A DNA stretch of 64,000 nucleotides from Candidatus Aminicenantes bacterium (GTDB lineage: Bacteria > Acidobacteriota > Aminicenantia > UBA2199): the NCBI GenBank assembly GCA_030639305.1, contig DAOWCY010000002.1, positions 14,974 to 78,973 of the forward strand. Direction: 5' to 3'. The notes below the pieces were generated by a model. It saw nothing but the letters and a program-made list of their open reading frames with translations, did not search any database and was not told where the DNA came from. The stretch's first letter is position 1, and every line of letters starts with the position of its first letter. Both the position numbers and the translations under genes were made by a program. This document shows positions 10,085 through 18,669 of this stretch, in pieces.

Positions 10085-11013
10085 AATTCTCGGTAGTAAC
10101 TATTTTTCCCGGGATGATAGAGAATTTCCTCCAATACGGCTTGATCTCCAAAGCCATCGAGAACAAAATAATAACCGTGAATGTATATGATCTAAGAGAA
10201 TTTTCCGGTAACAAGCACCGCAAAGTGGATGATAGACCCTTTGGCGGCGGAGCCGGTATGGTCATGACGCCCGCTCCCCTATTCACCGCAGTCGATCATA
10301 TCGAGGGGTCTGCGACCCCACCCTATGAGGGGCCTATAGATCATGTTCCCGGCCCGGTTGAGCAGAAAGAGGGATCGGGGGTTCCAGCTCCAGCCTCTGA
10401 ATATCCTGGAAAAACGGCGTCCGCGCCCTATGAGGGGCCTATAGATCATATTCCCGACCCGGTTGAGCAGACTGCGCCCCCAGCCTCTGAGAGTCCTGCG
10501 AAAGTAATTCTTTTTTCGGCCTATGCCGAATTGTTGACCCAGGAAAAAGTCAAAAGCCTATCTAAAGAAGACCATCTTATCCTGGTCTGCGGCCGTTACG
10601 AAGGCGTTGACCAGAGGTTCATAGACGAAAAAATAGACGAAGAAATATCTATCGGCGAATATGTCACCATGGGCGGAGAAGCCGCGGCGGAAGTCCTATT
10701 AGAGAGCGTCGCCCGCATGCTGCCCGGAGTGATCGGAAACCCCGAATCGGTGGAAACCGATTCCTTTTATAAAGAGGGCCAATACGGTTTCCCCCAGTAT
10801 ACCCAACCGCGGGATTATAAAGGTTTAAAAGTTCCCGAAGTACTGTTATCGGGGCATCATAAAGAAATATTAGATTGGCGAAAAAGCCCGCGGCGCGGGC
10901 GCCCTATAAGCCACTTCACGGGGGGACGGCGTCCCCACCCTCTAAGCCGCTTCGCGGCAAAAAGCGAAGAAGCCGGGGAATCCAAAACCCGCAGAGTAAT
11001 AAAGAAAACATAG
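10081..11013 (+). CDS. trmD: tRNA (guanine37-N1)-methyltransferase TrmD with an internal tandem-repeat insertion and a repeat-derived C-terminal tail
   Basis: MKFSVVTIFPGMIE, DDRPFGGGAGMVM and LVCGRYEGVDQRFID are TrmD SPOUT motifs. It is 310 aa against a typical length of about 245. The start overlaps the rimM stop. Confidence 0.85.
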   Translation: MKFSVVTIFPGMIENFLQYGLISKAIENKIITVNVYDLREFSGNKHRKVDDRPFGGGAGMVMTPAPLFTAVDHIEGSATPPYEGPIDHVPGPVEQKEGSGVPAPASEYPGKTASAPYEGPIDHIPDPVEQTAPPASESPAKVILFSAYAELLTQEKVKSLSKEDHLILVCGRYEGVDQRFIDEKIDEEISIGEYVTMGGEAAAEVLLESVARMLPGVIGNPESVETDSFYKEGQYGFPQYTQPRDYKGLKVPEVLLSGHHKEILDWRKSPRRGRPISHFTGGRRPHPLSRFAAKSEEAGESKTRRVIKKT

Positions 11014-11026
11014 AAGGAGTTAAATA

Positions 11027-12682
11027 ATGAAAAAGATAGTCGAATGTGTACCCAATTTCTCTGAAGGCAGAGATTTAGCGGTAATCGAAAAGATCACCGA
11101 CGAAATAAAAAGCACCCCTGAAGTTATTTTATTAGACGTGGACCCCGGCAAAGATACCAACCGCACGGTGGTGACTTTGGCCGGTTCCCCGGAAGGCGTT
11201 TTAGAAGCGGCTTTTAAAGCCATTAAGAAAGCCGCCGAATTGATCGACATGTCGAAGCACAGCGGCGCTCATGCCCGCATGGGAGCCACCGATGTATGTC
11301 CTTTTGTCCCGGTTTCCGGCGTCACTATGGAGGATTGCGTGGAGATCGCCAAAAAGCTCGGCCAACGAGTGGCGGAAGAGTTAAACATCCCCATCTATCT
11401 TTATGAAGAAGCCGCCGCTAACGAGAAAAGGCGCAGCCTGGCTTATATCCGCCAGGGTGAATATGAGGCGCTGGCGGAGAAGCTCAAAGCAGAGGAGTTC
11501 AAACCCGATTTCGGCGCCCCTGTTTTCAATAAAAAATCCGGAGCTACCGTAACCGGCGCCAGGGAATTTTTGATCGCTTATAATTTGAATTTAAATACCA
11601 GGCGGGTATTCCCGGCCCGGAAGATTGCCAACCTCATGCGTGAGAAAGGCCGCACCGTGAAGAACAAAGAGACCGGGAAAGATGAACAGATTCCCGGTAC
11701 GCTTAAGGCTACCAGGGCGGTGGGCTGGTATATAGACGAATATAATATGGCGCAGATTTCGGTGAACCTGTTGAACTACAAAATCACGCCGCTTTACGAA
11801 GTCTTTGAAGAAGCGAACAGGCTTGCCGGGCAGATCGGCATCAGGATAACCGGCAGTGAACTGGTGGGATTGATTCCTTTAGAAGCCATGCTGCAAGTGG
11901 GGCGTTATTATTTAGAGAAGCAGAGCACTACTACCGGCGTTTCCGAACAGGAACTTATCAGGGTAGCGGCACAGAGTTTAGGATTAAATGAAGTTTCCGA
12001 GTTTAATCCTGAGCACAAGATCATCGAGTACCGTTTCAGGCAGAAAGGGCGGTTAGCATCCATGGACATTTACGAATTTGCCGACGAGCTGGCATCTAAT
12101 TCCCCGGCCCCCGGCGGAGGCAGCGTGGCAGCTTTGTGCGGCACATTATCCGCCGGGCTGAGCGCCATGGTCGGTAATCTTACTTATGTCAAGAAGCAGT
12201 TCAAAAAAGTCCGCGGCGAGATGATTTCCACATCTGAGAAAGGTCAAGCATTAAAAGATTTCTTTACTGAATCCATAGATAAAGACACCGACGCCTTTAA
12301 TAAGATCATGGAATGTTTTTCCATGCCCAAAGGCACGGACGAAGAAACCGCGGCCAGGGACAAAGCCCTCCAGGAAGCCACTATAGAAGCTACTTTAGTT
12401 CCTTATTCCGTATTGGAGAAAGCCAAAGAAGCGGTGGAATTGGCTTTAACGGTTGCCGAGAGAGGCAATCCTAATTCGTTATCCGATTCCGGCGTAGCCG
12501 GATTAGCCGCGGCAGCGGCGGCTGAAGGGGCCTTGTATAATGTCATGATCAACTTAGACGGCATAGATGATCAGGATTTCAAAGCGAAGTTGGGCAAAGA
12601 TGCGGTGGCGTTGAACCGTGAAGTACAGGAGACGGCTGCCAGGATCAAGGAGATTTTGCACACCGGTTTGAAAATATCATAG
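11027..12682 (+). CDS. Bifunctional glutamate formimidoyltransferase / formiminotetrahydrofolate cyclodeaminase (FTCD-like)
   Basis: N-terminus MKKIVECVPNFSEGRD is the signature of formiminotransferases. The helical C-terminal domain of about 200 aa matches the cyclodeaminase (FTCD_C) portion. Confidence 0.8.
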   Translation: MKKIVECVPNFSEGRDLAVIEKITDEIKSTPEVILLDVDPGKDTNRTVVTLAGSPEGVLEAAFKAIKKAAELIDMSKHSGAHARMGATDVCPFVPVSGVTMEDCVEIAKKLGQRVAEELNIPIYLYEEAAANEKRRSLAYIRQGEYEALAEKLKAEEFKPDFGAPVFNKKSGATVTGAREFLIAYNLNLNTRRVFPARKIANLMREKGRTVKNKETGKDEQIPGTLKATRAVGWYIDEYNMAQISVNLLNYKITPLYEVFEEANRLAGQIGIRITGSELVGLIPLEAMLQVGRYYLEKQSTTTGVSEQELIRVAAQSLGLNEVSEFNPEHKIIEYRFRQKGRLASMDIYEFADELASNSPAPGGGSVAALCGTLSAGLSAMVGNLTYVKKQFKKVRGEMISTSEKGQALKDFFTESIDKDTDAFNKIMECFSMPKGTDEETAARDKALQEATIEATLVPYSVLEKAKEAVELALTVAERGNPNSLSDSGVAGLAAAAAAEGALYNVMINLDGIDDQDFKAKLGKDAVALNREVQETAARIKEILHTGLKIS

Positions 12683-12692
12683 TATTACTGCG

Positions 12693-12949
12693 AGCTATTT
12701 TTACCACGAAGGACACGAAGGGCACGAAGTCCCGTGGCACGGGAAGCCTATAAGGGGCTGCTTGTCGAACAAGGCGGCGGCCCCCGGTAGGAACCTGCAG
12801 CGCAGCTTACCAAAAGTTTTGATCAAACTTTTTTGAAGGTGCGGTGTGCCGCGGCCCCCAACTTCAATTTAATGGGGGCGTCACCCGGCAGGGACCTGCC
12901 GCGCAGCGGCTTAACGCCCCCCCACGCGAGTGGGGCCGCCGGAAGCAAG
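12693..12949. repeat. Composite intergenic repeat: module C (CCACGAAGGACACGAAGGGCACGAAG), a CCTATAAGG module and the long family-A hairpin element in reverse orientation
   Basis: Shares stretches of 20 to 100 nt with elements at 16935, 23906, 48340, 61487 and 63838. Hairpin-forming palindromes CCCCACGCGAGTGGGG and CAAAAGTTTTGATCAAACTTTT are present. Confidence 0.85.
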
Positions 12950-13127
12950 TCTTTAGCTGGGGCTGCTCTGTTCTTCTCTCGCTATAATTTGTTCTTTTCC
13001 TGTCGCAAACGGTTCGCGCTTCACAAAAAAAGGATTTTCGATGATTAACAGGAACAGTTCCGGAAATCTTATGGTGTGTCCTCTCGATCGTACAGATTGA
13101 TAAAAAACAAAAAAAATTGGGCTGTTG

Positions 13128-13156
13128 TTGACAAAACAATTAATAAATAATATATT
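13128..13156 (+). promoter_or_regulatory. Sigma70-like promoter for the vapBC-like operon
   Basis: TTGACA (13128-13133), a 17-nt spacer, then TATATT (13151-13156). GAGGT RBS and ATG at 13173 follow. Confidence 0.45.
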
Positions 13157-13172
13157 TATACTGAGGTAAAAA

Positions 13173-13382
13173 ATGAATTTTATGGTAAAAAAAGAGATTC
13201 ATGCAGCAGGCAAACTATTGGAAATCGAGATACCGCCGCACCTTTTAGGAAAGAATGTGGAAGTTATCATCAGGGAGAAAGAAACAAAAAAAGAAAAAAA
13301 CGAATTAGATGAATTTTTCTCCCGGTTTAATTACGATCTATCAGGTTTAGTTTTCGATAGAGCGGAGCTTCATGAGAGATAA
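13173..13382 (+). CDS. AbrB/MazE-fold antitoxin (VapB-like)
   Basis: 69 aa with the swapped-hairpin-like segment LLEIEIPPHLLGKNVEVIIRE. Its stop overlaps the start of the downstream PIN gene. Confidence 0.5.
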   Translation: MNFMVKKEIHAAGKLLEIEIPPHLLGKNVEVIIREKETKKEKNELDEFFSRFNYDLSGLVFDRAELHER

Positions 13383-13779
13383 AATATTTTTAGATTCGAA
13401 TGTCGTCATTTACTCCTTAGGAAGAGATGAAGTTAAAAAAAAGATTTCTGTAGATTTATTGAAAAATTATCCTACTATCAGCGCTCAGGTCGTTAATGAG
13501 GTAGTGAATGTTTCCCTTAAAAAGTTAAAGATGTCCAAGAATGAAGCTTTTGAAATCGGAAAGACCTTGATCCGGAGCTGCGAAGTTGTACCGGTAAATG
13601 ATAGGATTGTATTGAATGGATTTGAGATTTCGGAGAGATACCATCTTTCTTTTTGGGATAGTTTGATTATTTCCGCTGCTCTTGAAAATGATTGTTCAAT
13701 CATATATACCGAGGATTTACAGCATAATCAATTAATCGAAGATAGGTTATTAATCCGGGACCCTTATAAAGAAAAATAG
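13372..13779 (+). CDS. vapC: PIN-domain ribonuclease toxin (VapC-like)
   Basis: N-terminal IFLDSNVVIY with the conserved Asp, and a later WDSLI..YTEDLQH acidic cluster, fit the PIN fold. 135 aa. Overlaps the upstream antitoxin by 11 nt. Confidence 0.75.
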   Translation: MRDKIFLDSNVVIYSLGRDEVKKKISVDLLKNYPTISAQVVNEVVNVSLKKLKMSKNEAFEIGKTLIRSCEVVPVNDRIVLNGFEISERYHLSFWDSLIISAALENDCSIIYTEDLQHNQLIEDRLLIRDPYKEK

Positions 13780-13792
13780 TAGCCCCAACTAT

Positions 13793-13848
13793 CCCCTCTG
13801 GAGACTTGCCGGGAGGTGGCGCTGAGGGGCTTTTTTTGTTTTTTGCCC
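13793..13848 (+). terminator. Rho-independent terminator after vapC
   Basis: GC-rich stem CCCCTC...GAGGGGC followed by a T7 run at 13841-13848. Confidence 0.45.
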
Positions 13849-13974
13849 CGAAGCGACGGGGTGTGTTTGGCTGCGGATGCAGCACCCTTCTGTAAAATCT
13901 GTGGTCCTGTAATTTTGGTTTGTAATTTCTCCCCCGGTATGTTATATTAGGTTTTTATAGGCGGCGGAAATGGC

Positions 13975-14060
13975 GCGCCGGGACGCAGCTTAACAAAAGT
14001 TTTGCGGGGGTCCAGGGGGCAGTTTTTCAAAAGCGCCCCCTGGTCGCCGAAGGCAAGTTT
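13975..14060. repeat. Intergenic repeat copy (CAAAAGTTTTG.. / GGTCGCCGAAGGCAAG modules)
   Basis: Matches 41400-41480 and 19838-19880 (AAAAGTTTTTGGAAG..., GGTCGCCGAAGGCAA). It overlaps the annotated upstream part of the TIR ORF. Confidence 0.7.
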
Positions 14061-14064
14061 TTTA

Positions 14065-16926
14065 ATGAAAAAATGCATTATATTTATCAGTTACAGTCAC
14101 GAAGACATAGGCTGGAAAGAGAAGCTTTTAGAGCACTTGAAAGTTTTGGAAAAACAAAACATCTCCGCCCTGTGGCACGACCGGGATATTAAAGATGGCG
14201 AAAAATGGCGAGAGAAGATCGAAAAAGCCATCGACAGCGCACAAGCTGTTGTGCTGCTAATTTCGCCCGCTTTTTTGAGTTCCGATTTTATCAGCAAAGT
14301 CGAAGTGCCGCGCATATTAGAACGCCAACAAGAAGAAGGACTACTCGTATTCCCGGTTATAGTCAGGCCCTGCGCCTGGAAAGAGGTCGAATGGTTGAAG
14401 GCCATGCAGTTGACTGTTAAAGAGCCCCTGGCCGGGAAGAGCGATGCCCAAATCGACGAAGAGCTGGCCGCTTTGACCGAAAGAATCGCCCGGCGTTTCA
14501 AACAGGTCAAAGGGGCGGGCGAAAAACCCGAAGACACCGCCTATCCTCCCCCACCCCCGAAGAAGGTGGATATTAGCAAACTGCCTATCACCGGGCCGGA
14601 TTTGTTCGGCAGGGAAGAGCAATTAAAAATCCTGGATAATGTTTGGGTAGACACCGGCACCCGCGTGGTAACAGTCATCGCCTGGGGCGGGATGGGCAAA
14701 ACCGCTTTAGTAAGGGGCTGGCTGAACCGCCTGTCAAAAGAGAATTATCGCGGCGCGGCAAAAGTCTACTGCTGGTCTTTCTACAGCCAGGGGGCGGCGG
14801 AGGGCAAGCAGGCGTCGGCGGAACTTTTTATACAAGAGGCGCTGGTTTGGTTCGGCGACCCGGAGCCTGATGCAGGCACGGCGGAAGAGAAAGGGCGCCG
14901 GTTGGCGGAACTGGTTCGCCGTCAAAAGACCCTGTTGATTTTAGACGGATTAGAGCCTTTGCAGTTCCCGGCCCACGAAAACATCGCCTACCCGGGCCGT
15001 TTAAAAGACCGGGGGTTTTCCGTGCTGCTGCGGCAGTTAGCCGCCGCCCAGCCGGGATTGTGTGTGATCACAAGCCGCGAGCAGGTGACCGACCTGACTC
15101 CCCAAAAGGGTTCGTCGGTGCTGGAGATGGACTTAGACCAGCTTTCGCCCGAATCCGGGGCTGAGCTGCTGATCAGCCTGGGCGTCAAAGGAGCGGCAGC
15201 CGAAACTGCCTCTTCCCCCTCTGTGCCCTCTGTGTCCTCTGTGGCTAATCTTTTTAAAAAAGAGATGTTTCGCGCCGTGGAAGAGTACGAGGGTCATGCG
15301 CTGGCCTTAACCCTGTTGGGCAATTATCTATCGGTATGCTGCGATGGCGACATACGTAAGCGGGACACCGTGCCCAGCCTCACCGGGGAGCGCAGGCAGG
15401 GGGGGCATGCCATGCGGGTGATGGCTGCTTACCGGGAGCATCTAAAAGACAGCGCCGAATTGGATATCCTTTTTATGATGGGCCTTTTCGACCGCCCGGC
15501 CCCTGCCGGGGCTATCGAGGCGTTGCGCGCGGACCCGGTTTTACCCGGCGTCACCGGCAGGCTGCAAAACCTGTCAAAAGAAGACTGGCTTTACGTTTTA
15601 GACAACCTGCGCCGCGCCCATTTGCTGGCTAAAGAGAATCCTATCAGCCCCGGCAGTTTAGACTGCCATCCCCTGGTGCGGGAGTATTTCGGCGAACAGT
15701 TGGCGCAAGAGCAGCCGGAGGGTTTCAAAGCCGCCCACCAAAGGCTCTATAATTACTACAAAGACCTGCCGGAAAAAGATTTGCCCGACACCATCCAGGA
15801 AATGGAGCCGCTATTCGCGGCTATCAGCCACGGTTGCGCCGCCGGCCTGCACCGGGAAGCATTAGATGATGTGTACTGGAAGCGGGTGTGCCGGGAAAAC
15901 GAATATTTTATTTTCAACCAACTCGGCGCTTTCGGTTCTTTCCTGTCGGCCTTATCCCATTTTTTCGATACACCCTGGACCACCCCGGCAGCCGGGCTGA
16001 AAAAAGAAGACCAAGCTCTTTTGTTAAGCTGGGCCGCCTTCGGCCTGCGCGCCGTGGGCCGATTGGCAGAAGCGGCGGAGCCTATGAAAGCAAGCCTGGA
16101 AATGGCTGGTAATGATGAAGATTGGGGAAATGCCGCCATCGCTGCCTCCAACCTGAGCGAGCTACTGCTCACTTCAGGCCGGGTGGCTGAGGCGGTGGAT
16201 TATGGCCGCCAATGCGTAAAGTACGCCGACCGCGACGAGGATAAATTTCAAAAAGAAGTTAACCGCACCACCCTGGCCGATGCGCTGCATAACGCCGGGG
16301 AAATGGAGGAGGCGGAGGCCCTATTCCGGGAAGCGGAAGAGATGCAAAAAGAGCGCCAGCCGGAGTATATCTTTCTCTACTCCCTGAAGGGCTACCGGTT
16401 TTGCGACCTGCTGTTGTCCAAAGGGGAGCGCCGGGAGGTCTTGCAGCGGGTGGAGCAAACCCTGAAATGGGTAAGCAAAACAAATTGGCTTTTAACTATC
16501 GCCTTAGATAAACTCTCTTTAGGCCGGGCTTACACGATACAGGCCGGGGAACTAAGCCGGGCCGGGAAAACCGAAGCTGCGAAAGAGAGCCGCACCCGGG
16601 CCGGGGAGTTTTTCCAACTGGCCGTGGACGGGCTGCGGGAATCCGGGAACCAGGACGACGTACCCCGCGGCCTGCTGGCGCGGGCCGGGTATTACCGGGA
16701 AAGCGGGGAGTATGAGCAAGCCTGGACCGATATGGCCGAGGCCCTGGAGATCATCGAAGCCGGGGACATGAAGCTCTTTTTGGTGGATTACCATATCGAA
16801 ACGGCCCGCCTCAGCGCCGCCCAAAACCGCCCGCAAGGAGCGGCAGAGCACCGCCAAACCGCCAAAAAACTGATCGCCGAAACCGGCTATAAACGCCGCG
16901 AAAAAGAATTAAAAGAGCTCTCGTGA
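14065..16926 (+). CDS. TIR-NB-ARC-TPR STAND NTPase (bacterial NLR-like, candidate antiphage effector)
   Basis: The start was moved to ATG 14065 (MKKCIIFISYSHED) because the tracked start lies inside a repeat. TIR domain covers aa 1-150. Walker A is VIAWGGMGKTAL, Walker B is LLILDGLEP, and GHALALTLLGNYL is a GLPL-like motif. The C-terminal 400 aa or so are TPR-like helical repeats. Confidence 0.8.
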   Translation: MKKCIIFISYSHEDIGWKEKLLEHLKVLEKQNISALWHDRDIKDGEKWREKIEKAIDSAQAVVLLISPAFLSSDFISKVEVPRILERQQEEGLLVFPVIVRPCAWKEVEWLKAMQLTVKEPLAGKSDAQIDEELAALTERIARRFKQVKGAGEKPEDTAYPPPPPKKVDISKLPITGPDLFGREEQLKILDNVWVDTGTRVVTVIAWGGMGKTALVRGWLNRLSKENYRGAAKVYCWSFYSQGAAEGKQASAELFIQEALVWFGDPEPDAGTAEEKGRRLAELVRRQKTLLILDGLEPLQFPAHENIAYPGRLKDRGFSVLLRQLAAAQPGLCVITSREQVTDLTPQKGSSVLEMDLDQLSPESGAELLISLGVKGAAAETASSPSVPSVSSVANLFKKEMFRAVEEYEGHALALTLLGNYLSVCCDGDIRKRDTVPSLTGERRQGGHAMRVMAAYREHLKDSAELDILFMMGLFDRPAPAGAIEALRADPVLPGVTGRLQNLSKEDWLYVLDNLRRAHLLAKENPISPGSLDCHPLVREYFGEQLAQEQPEGFKAAHQRLYNYYKDLPEKDLPDTIQEMEPLFAAISHGCAAGLHREALDDVYWKRVCRENEYFIFNQLGAFGSFLSALSHFFDTPWTTPAAGLKKEDQALLLSWAAFGLRAVGRLAEAAEPMKASLEMAGNDEDWGNAAIAASNLSELLLTSGRVAEAVDYGRQCVKYADRDEDKFQKEVNRTTLADALHNAGEMEEAEALFREAEEMQKERQPEYIFLYSLKGYRFCDLLLSKGERREVLQRVEQTLKWVSKTNWLLTIALDKLSLGRAYTIQAGELSRAGKTEAAKESRTRAGEFFQLAVDGLRESGNQDDVPRGLLARAGYYRESGEYEQAWTDMAEALEIIEAGDMKLFLVDYHIETARLSAAQNRPQGAAEHRQTAKKLIAETGYKRREKELKELS

Positions 16927-16934
16927 TCTCTTTA

Positions 16935-17085
16935 GGGCTATTTTTTACCACGAAGGACACGAAGGGTACGAAGGGGGACTGGCGCGCCCTACCTATAAGC
17001 CGCTTCCTTAACCTCAGCCCTTCTTGAGCTCATCCTGAGACCTCTTGAGCTCCTCCTGAGCCCTTTCTTGAGCTCCTCCTGTATC
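16935..17085. repeat. Intergenic repeat: module C plus a CCTATAAGCCGCTTCC module plus three tandem 23-bp units of CTTGAGCTCMTCCTGA
   Basis: TTTTACCACGAAGGACACGAAGGGTACGAAGG is near-identical to 12700-12730. It fills the convergent gap between the TIR-STAND gene and cutA. Confidence 0.8.
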
Positions 17086-17451
17086 CTACGAGCACTGCTC
17101 CCGAAGCCACTGCAAATACTTTACCTCACCCTGGACAATGGGCAAAGCGATAATTTCCGGGACATCGTAACTGTGATTTTCGCGGATCAACTGTTCCACC
17201 TTTTGGTAGTTAGCTTTTACGGTTTTAATGAACAGCATTATCTCCGCTTCTACTTCCACGTTACCCTGCCAGCGATACACGGACTTTACCGGCGAGGAAA
17301 TAGAGACACAAGCGGCCTTTCGTTCCTTGACCAGCATACCGGCCAACTTTTCAGCCTCGTCCGGCTTACCGACAGTAGTGACGATTAAAATAAATTCTTC
17401 TCTGCCCTTACTTTTGCCGTCCTGCTGTAACTCCAGGCCGCTGTCGCTCAT
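17086..17451 (-). CDS. cutA: Divalent-cation tolerance protein CutA
   Basis: 121 aa. VTTVGKPDEAEKLAGMLVKERKAACV...VYRWQG matches the CutA1 trimer fold family. Confidence 0.8.
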   Translation of the reverse strand: MSDSGLELQQDGKSKGREEFILIVTTVGKPDEAEKLAGMLVKERKAACVSISSPVKSVYRWQGNVEVEAEIMLFIKTVKANYQKVEQLIRENHSYDVPEIIALPIVQGEVKYLQWLREQCS

Positions 17452-17461
17452 TGATTATTGA

Positions 17462-18274
17462 TTATTGATCTTTTTTTTCTTCCGCTGGTTTCTCTTCCGC
17501 GGGTTTTTCTTCAGCCGGTTTTTCTTCGGTAACCTCTTCCGTAGGTTGTTGTTCCGCTGCTTCCGCTTCTTTTTTCTCCACTGATTTCTTATAATCGTCG
17601 GCAGAGTCGATCTGGATGATAATCAAACGACCGCCGATGGTTTTTTTACCCTCTCCTAACATCAATTCACTTTTTCTTAAGCAAAACACATAATCCTTTA
17701 CCTCATCATTAGCTAAGGTTACTTTCACATCGACTTTTTGATAATAGGTTTTGCCGGTAAACATATCTAAATCTTGCTTCCTGCCTGTGGACATGCCGAT
17801 GAGGGATTTTTCGCGCTCTACTGCTTTCTGCGAGGCAACTATTTTTTGGACAAGGTCGCGATATTTCTGTTTTTCCTCTTCAAAGGCTGCATCCGCTGCT
17901 TCGATTTGTTTTCTCAATTGAGCCTTTTTGCTGGCCCGCCTGGTTTCTTCCAGCTCATCATCTAGATCATCTAAATTGTCCTGCGCATCCTGGGCATTAT
18001 TGCCCTGCTCCGTTCTCTCTTTGATCAATGCCTTTAGTTTCTCTTCGAGGCCGGCAAGTTCCAGTTCTTTCTCTTCCGGCTCAGACAGGGTAACGATCTC
18101 GTATTCCTTATACTCCAGGTCTTTAGGCTCTATGGCCATCGAACCCATGGTATCTTTGTCGTCCATCTTCATGGCTACGAAGTACTTCTTAACCGTAGCT
18201 TCGCCGGGCTGCGAGCACGATGTGGTAACAATAATTAAACAAAATAACGCCAGTAAAAAAATAGATTTTTTCAT
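17462..18274 (-). CDS. Coiled-coil lipoprotein with a C-terminal (EEKPA)n repeat
   Basis: Signal peptide MKKSIFLLALFCLIIVTTSC with a lipobox-like Cys. A long charged coiled-coil region follows. The C-terminus is EEKPAEEKPAEEKPAEEKK. Confidence 0.6.
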   Translation of the reverse strand: MKKSIFLLALFCLIIVTTSCSQPGEATVKKYFVAMKMDDKDTMGSMAIEPKDLEYKEYEIVTLSEPEEKELELAGLEEKLKALIKERTEQGNNAQDAQDNLDDLDDELEETRRASKKAQLRKQIEAADAAFEEEKQKYRDLVQKIVASQKAVEREKSLIGMSTGRKQDLDMFTGKTYYQKVDVKVTLANDEVKDYVFCLRKSELMLGEGKKTIGGRLIIIQIDSADDYKKSVEKKEAEAAEQQPTEEVTEEKPAEEKPAEEKPAEEKKDQ

Positions 18275-18467
18275 TATTTACCTCCTTGAAAGGTTTGAAT
18301 TATTTTAAATTTAAATATTCTTTTGGCCCAACTCAAAAGCAGGGGACTTCCCTTAGGATTGAACATCATCCTCACGCTGCGTGAAAGTTTTACTGTCTCT
18401 AATTTCATGTCAACTGAATTATAAGCAATAATAAATTGAAAATCAAGTGTAAAAGCAGTTTTTTTCC

Positions 18468-18552
18468 AAAATATTGGGGTCAAGTCTTGTTTTGCAACAT
18501 TTGAATAATAAAATATTGGGGTCAAGTCTTGTTTTGCAACATTTGAATAACA
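18468..18552. repeat. Perfect tandem direct repeat, 2 x about 42 bp (AAATATTGGGGTCAAGTCTTGTTTTGCAACATTTGAATAA)
   Basis: Two adjacent identical copies in the intergenic region upstream of the transporter gene at 18670. The minus-strand ORF 18274-18585 only reflects this repeat (YSNVAKQDLTPIF twice). Confidence 0.85.
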
Positions 18553-18669
18553 AGAATGCAGCGATGCAAAACCGGATAGCTGCAAAAATCATAATTGCCA
18601 ACTACAATGCTTTCATGCTATAATAGGTTTTAGGGGATCGGGAATAAAAGCAGAGGGGGACGAGGAAAA

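Noticed and set aside
12833-13139. Tracked ORFs 12833-13048 (+) and 12864-13139 (-), together with 23891-24091, 23969-24169, 54206-54406, 59182-59424, 60348-60725, 61332-61673, 61417-61602 and 63789-63983.
   Set aside because: All lie wholly or mostly inside repeat elements. Their peptides (…HSRGGALSRCAAGPCRVTPPLN…, …LPRSGLTPPHARGAAG…) recur because the DNA recurs. They lack RBSs and mostly have no ATG start. They are artefacts of GC-rich repeats.
18274-18585. Minus-strand ORF of 103 aa containing a duplicated YSNVAKQDLTPIF segment.
   Set aside because: It exists only because of the perfect 42-bp tandem DNA repeat. It has no RBS and is probably non-coding promoter-region sequence.
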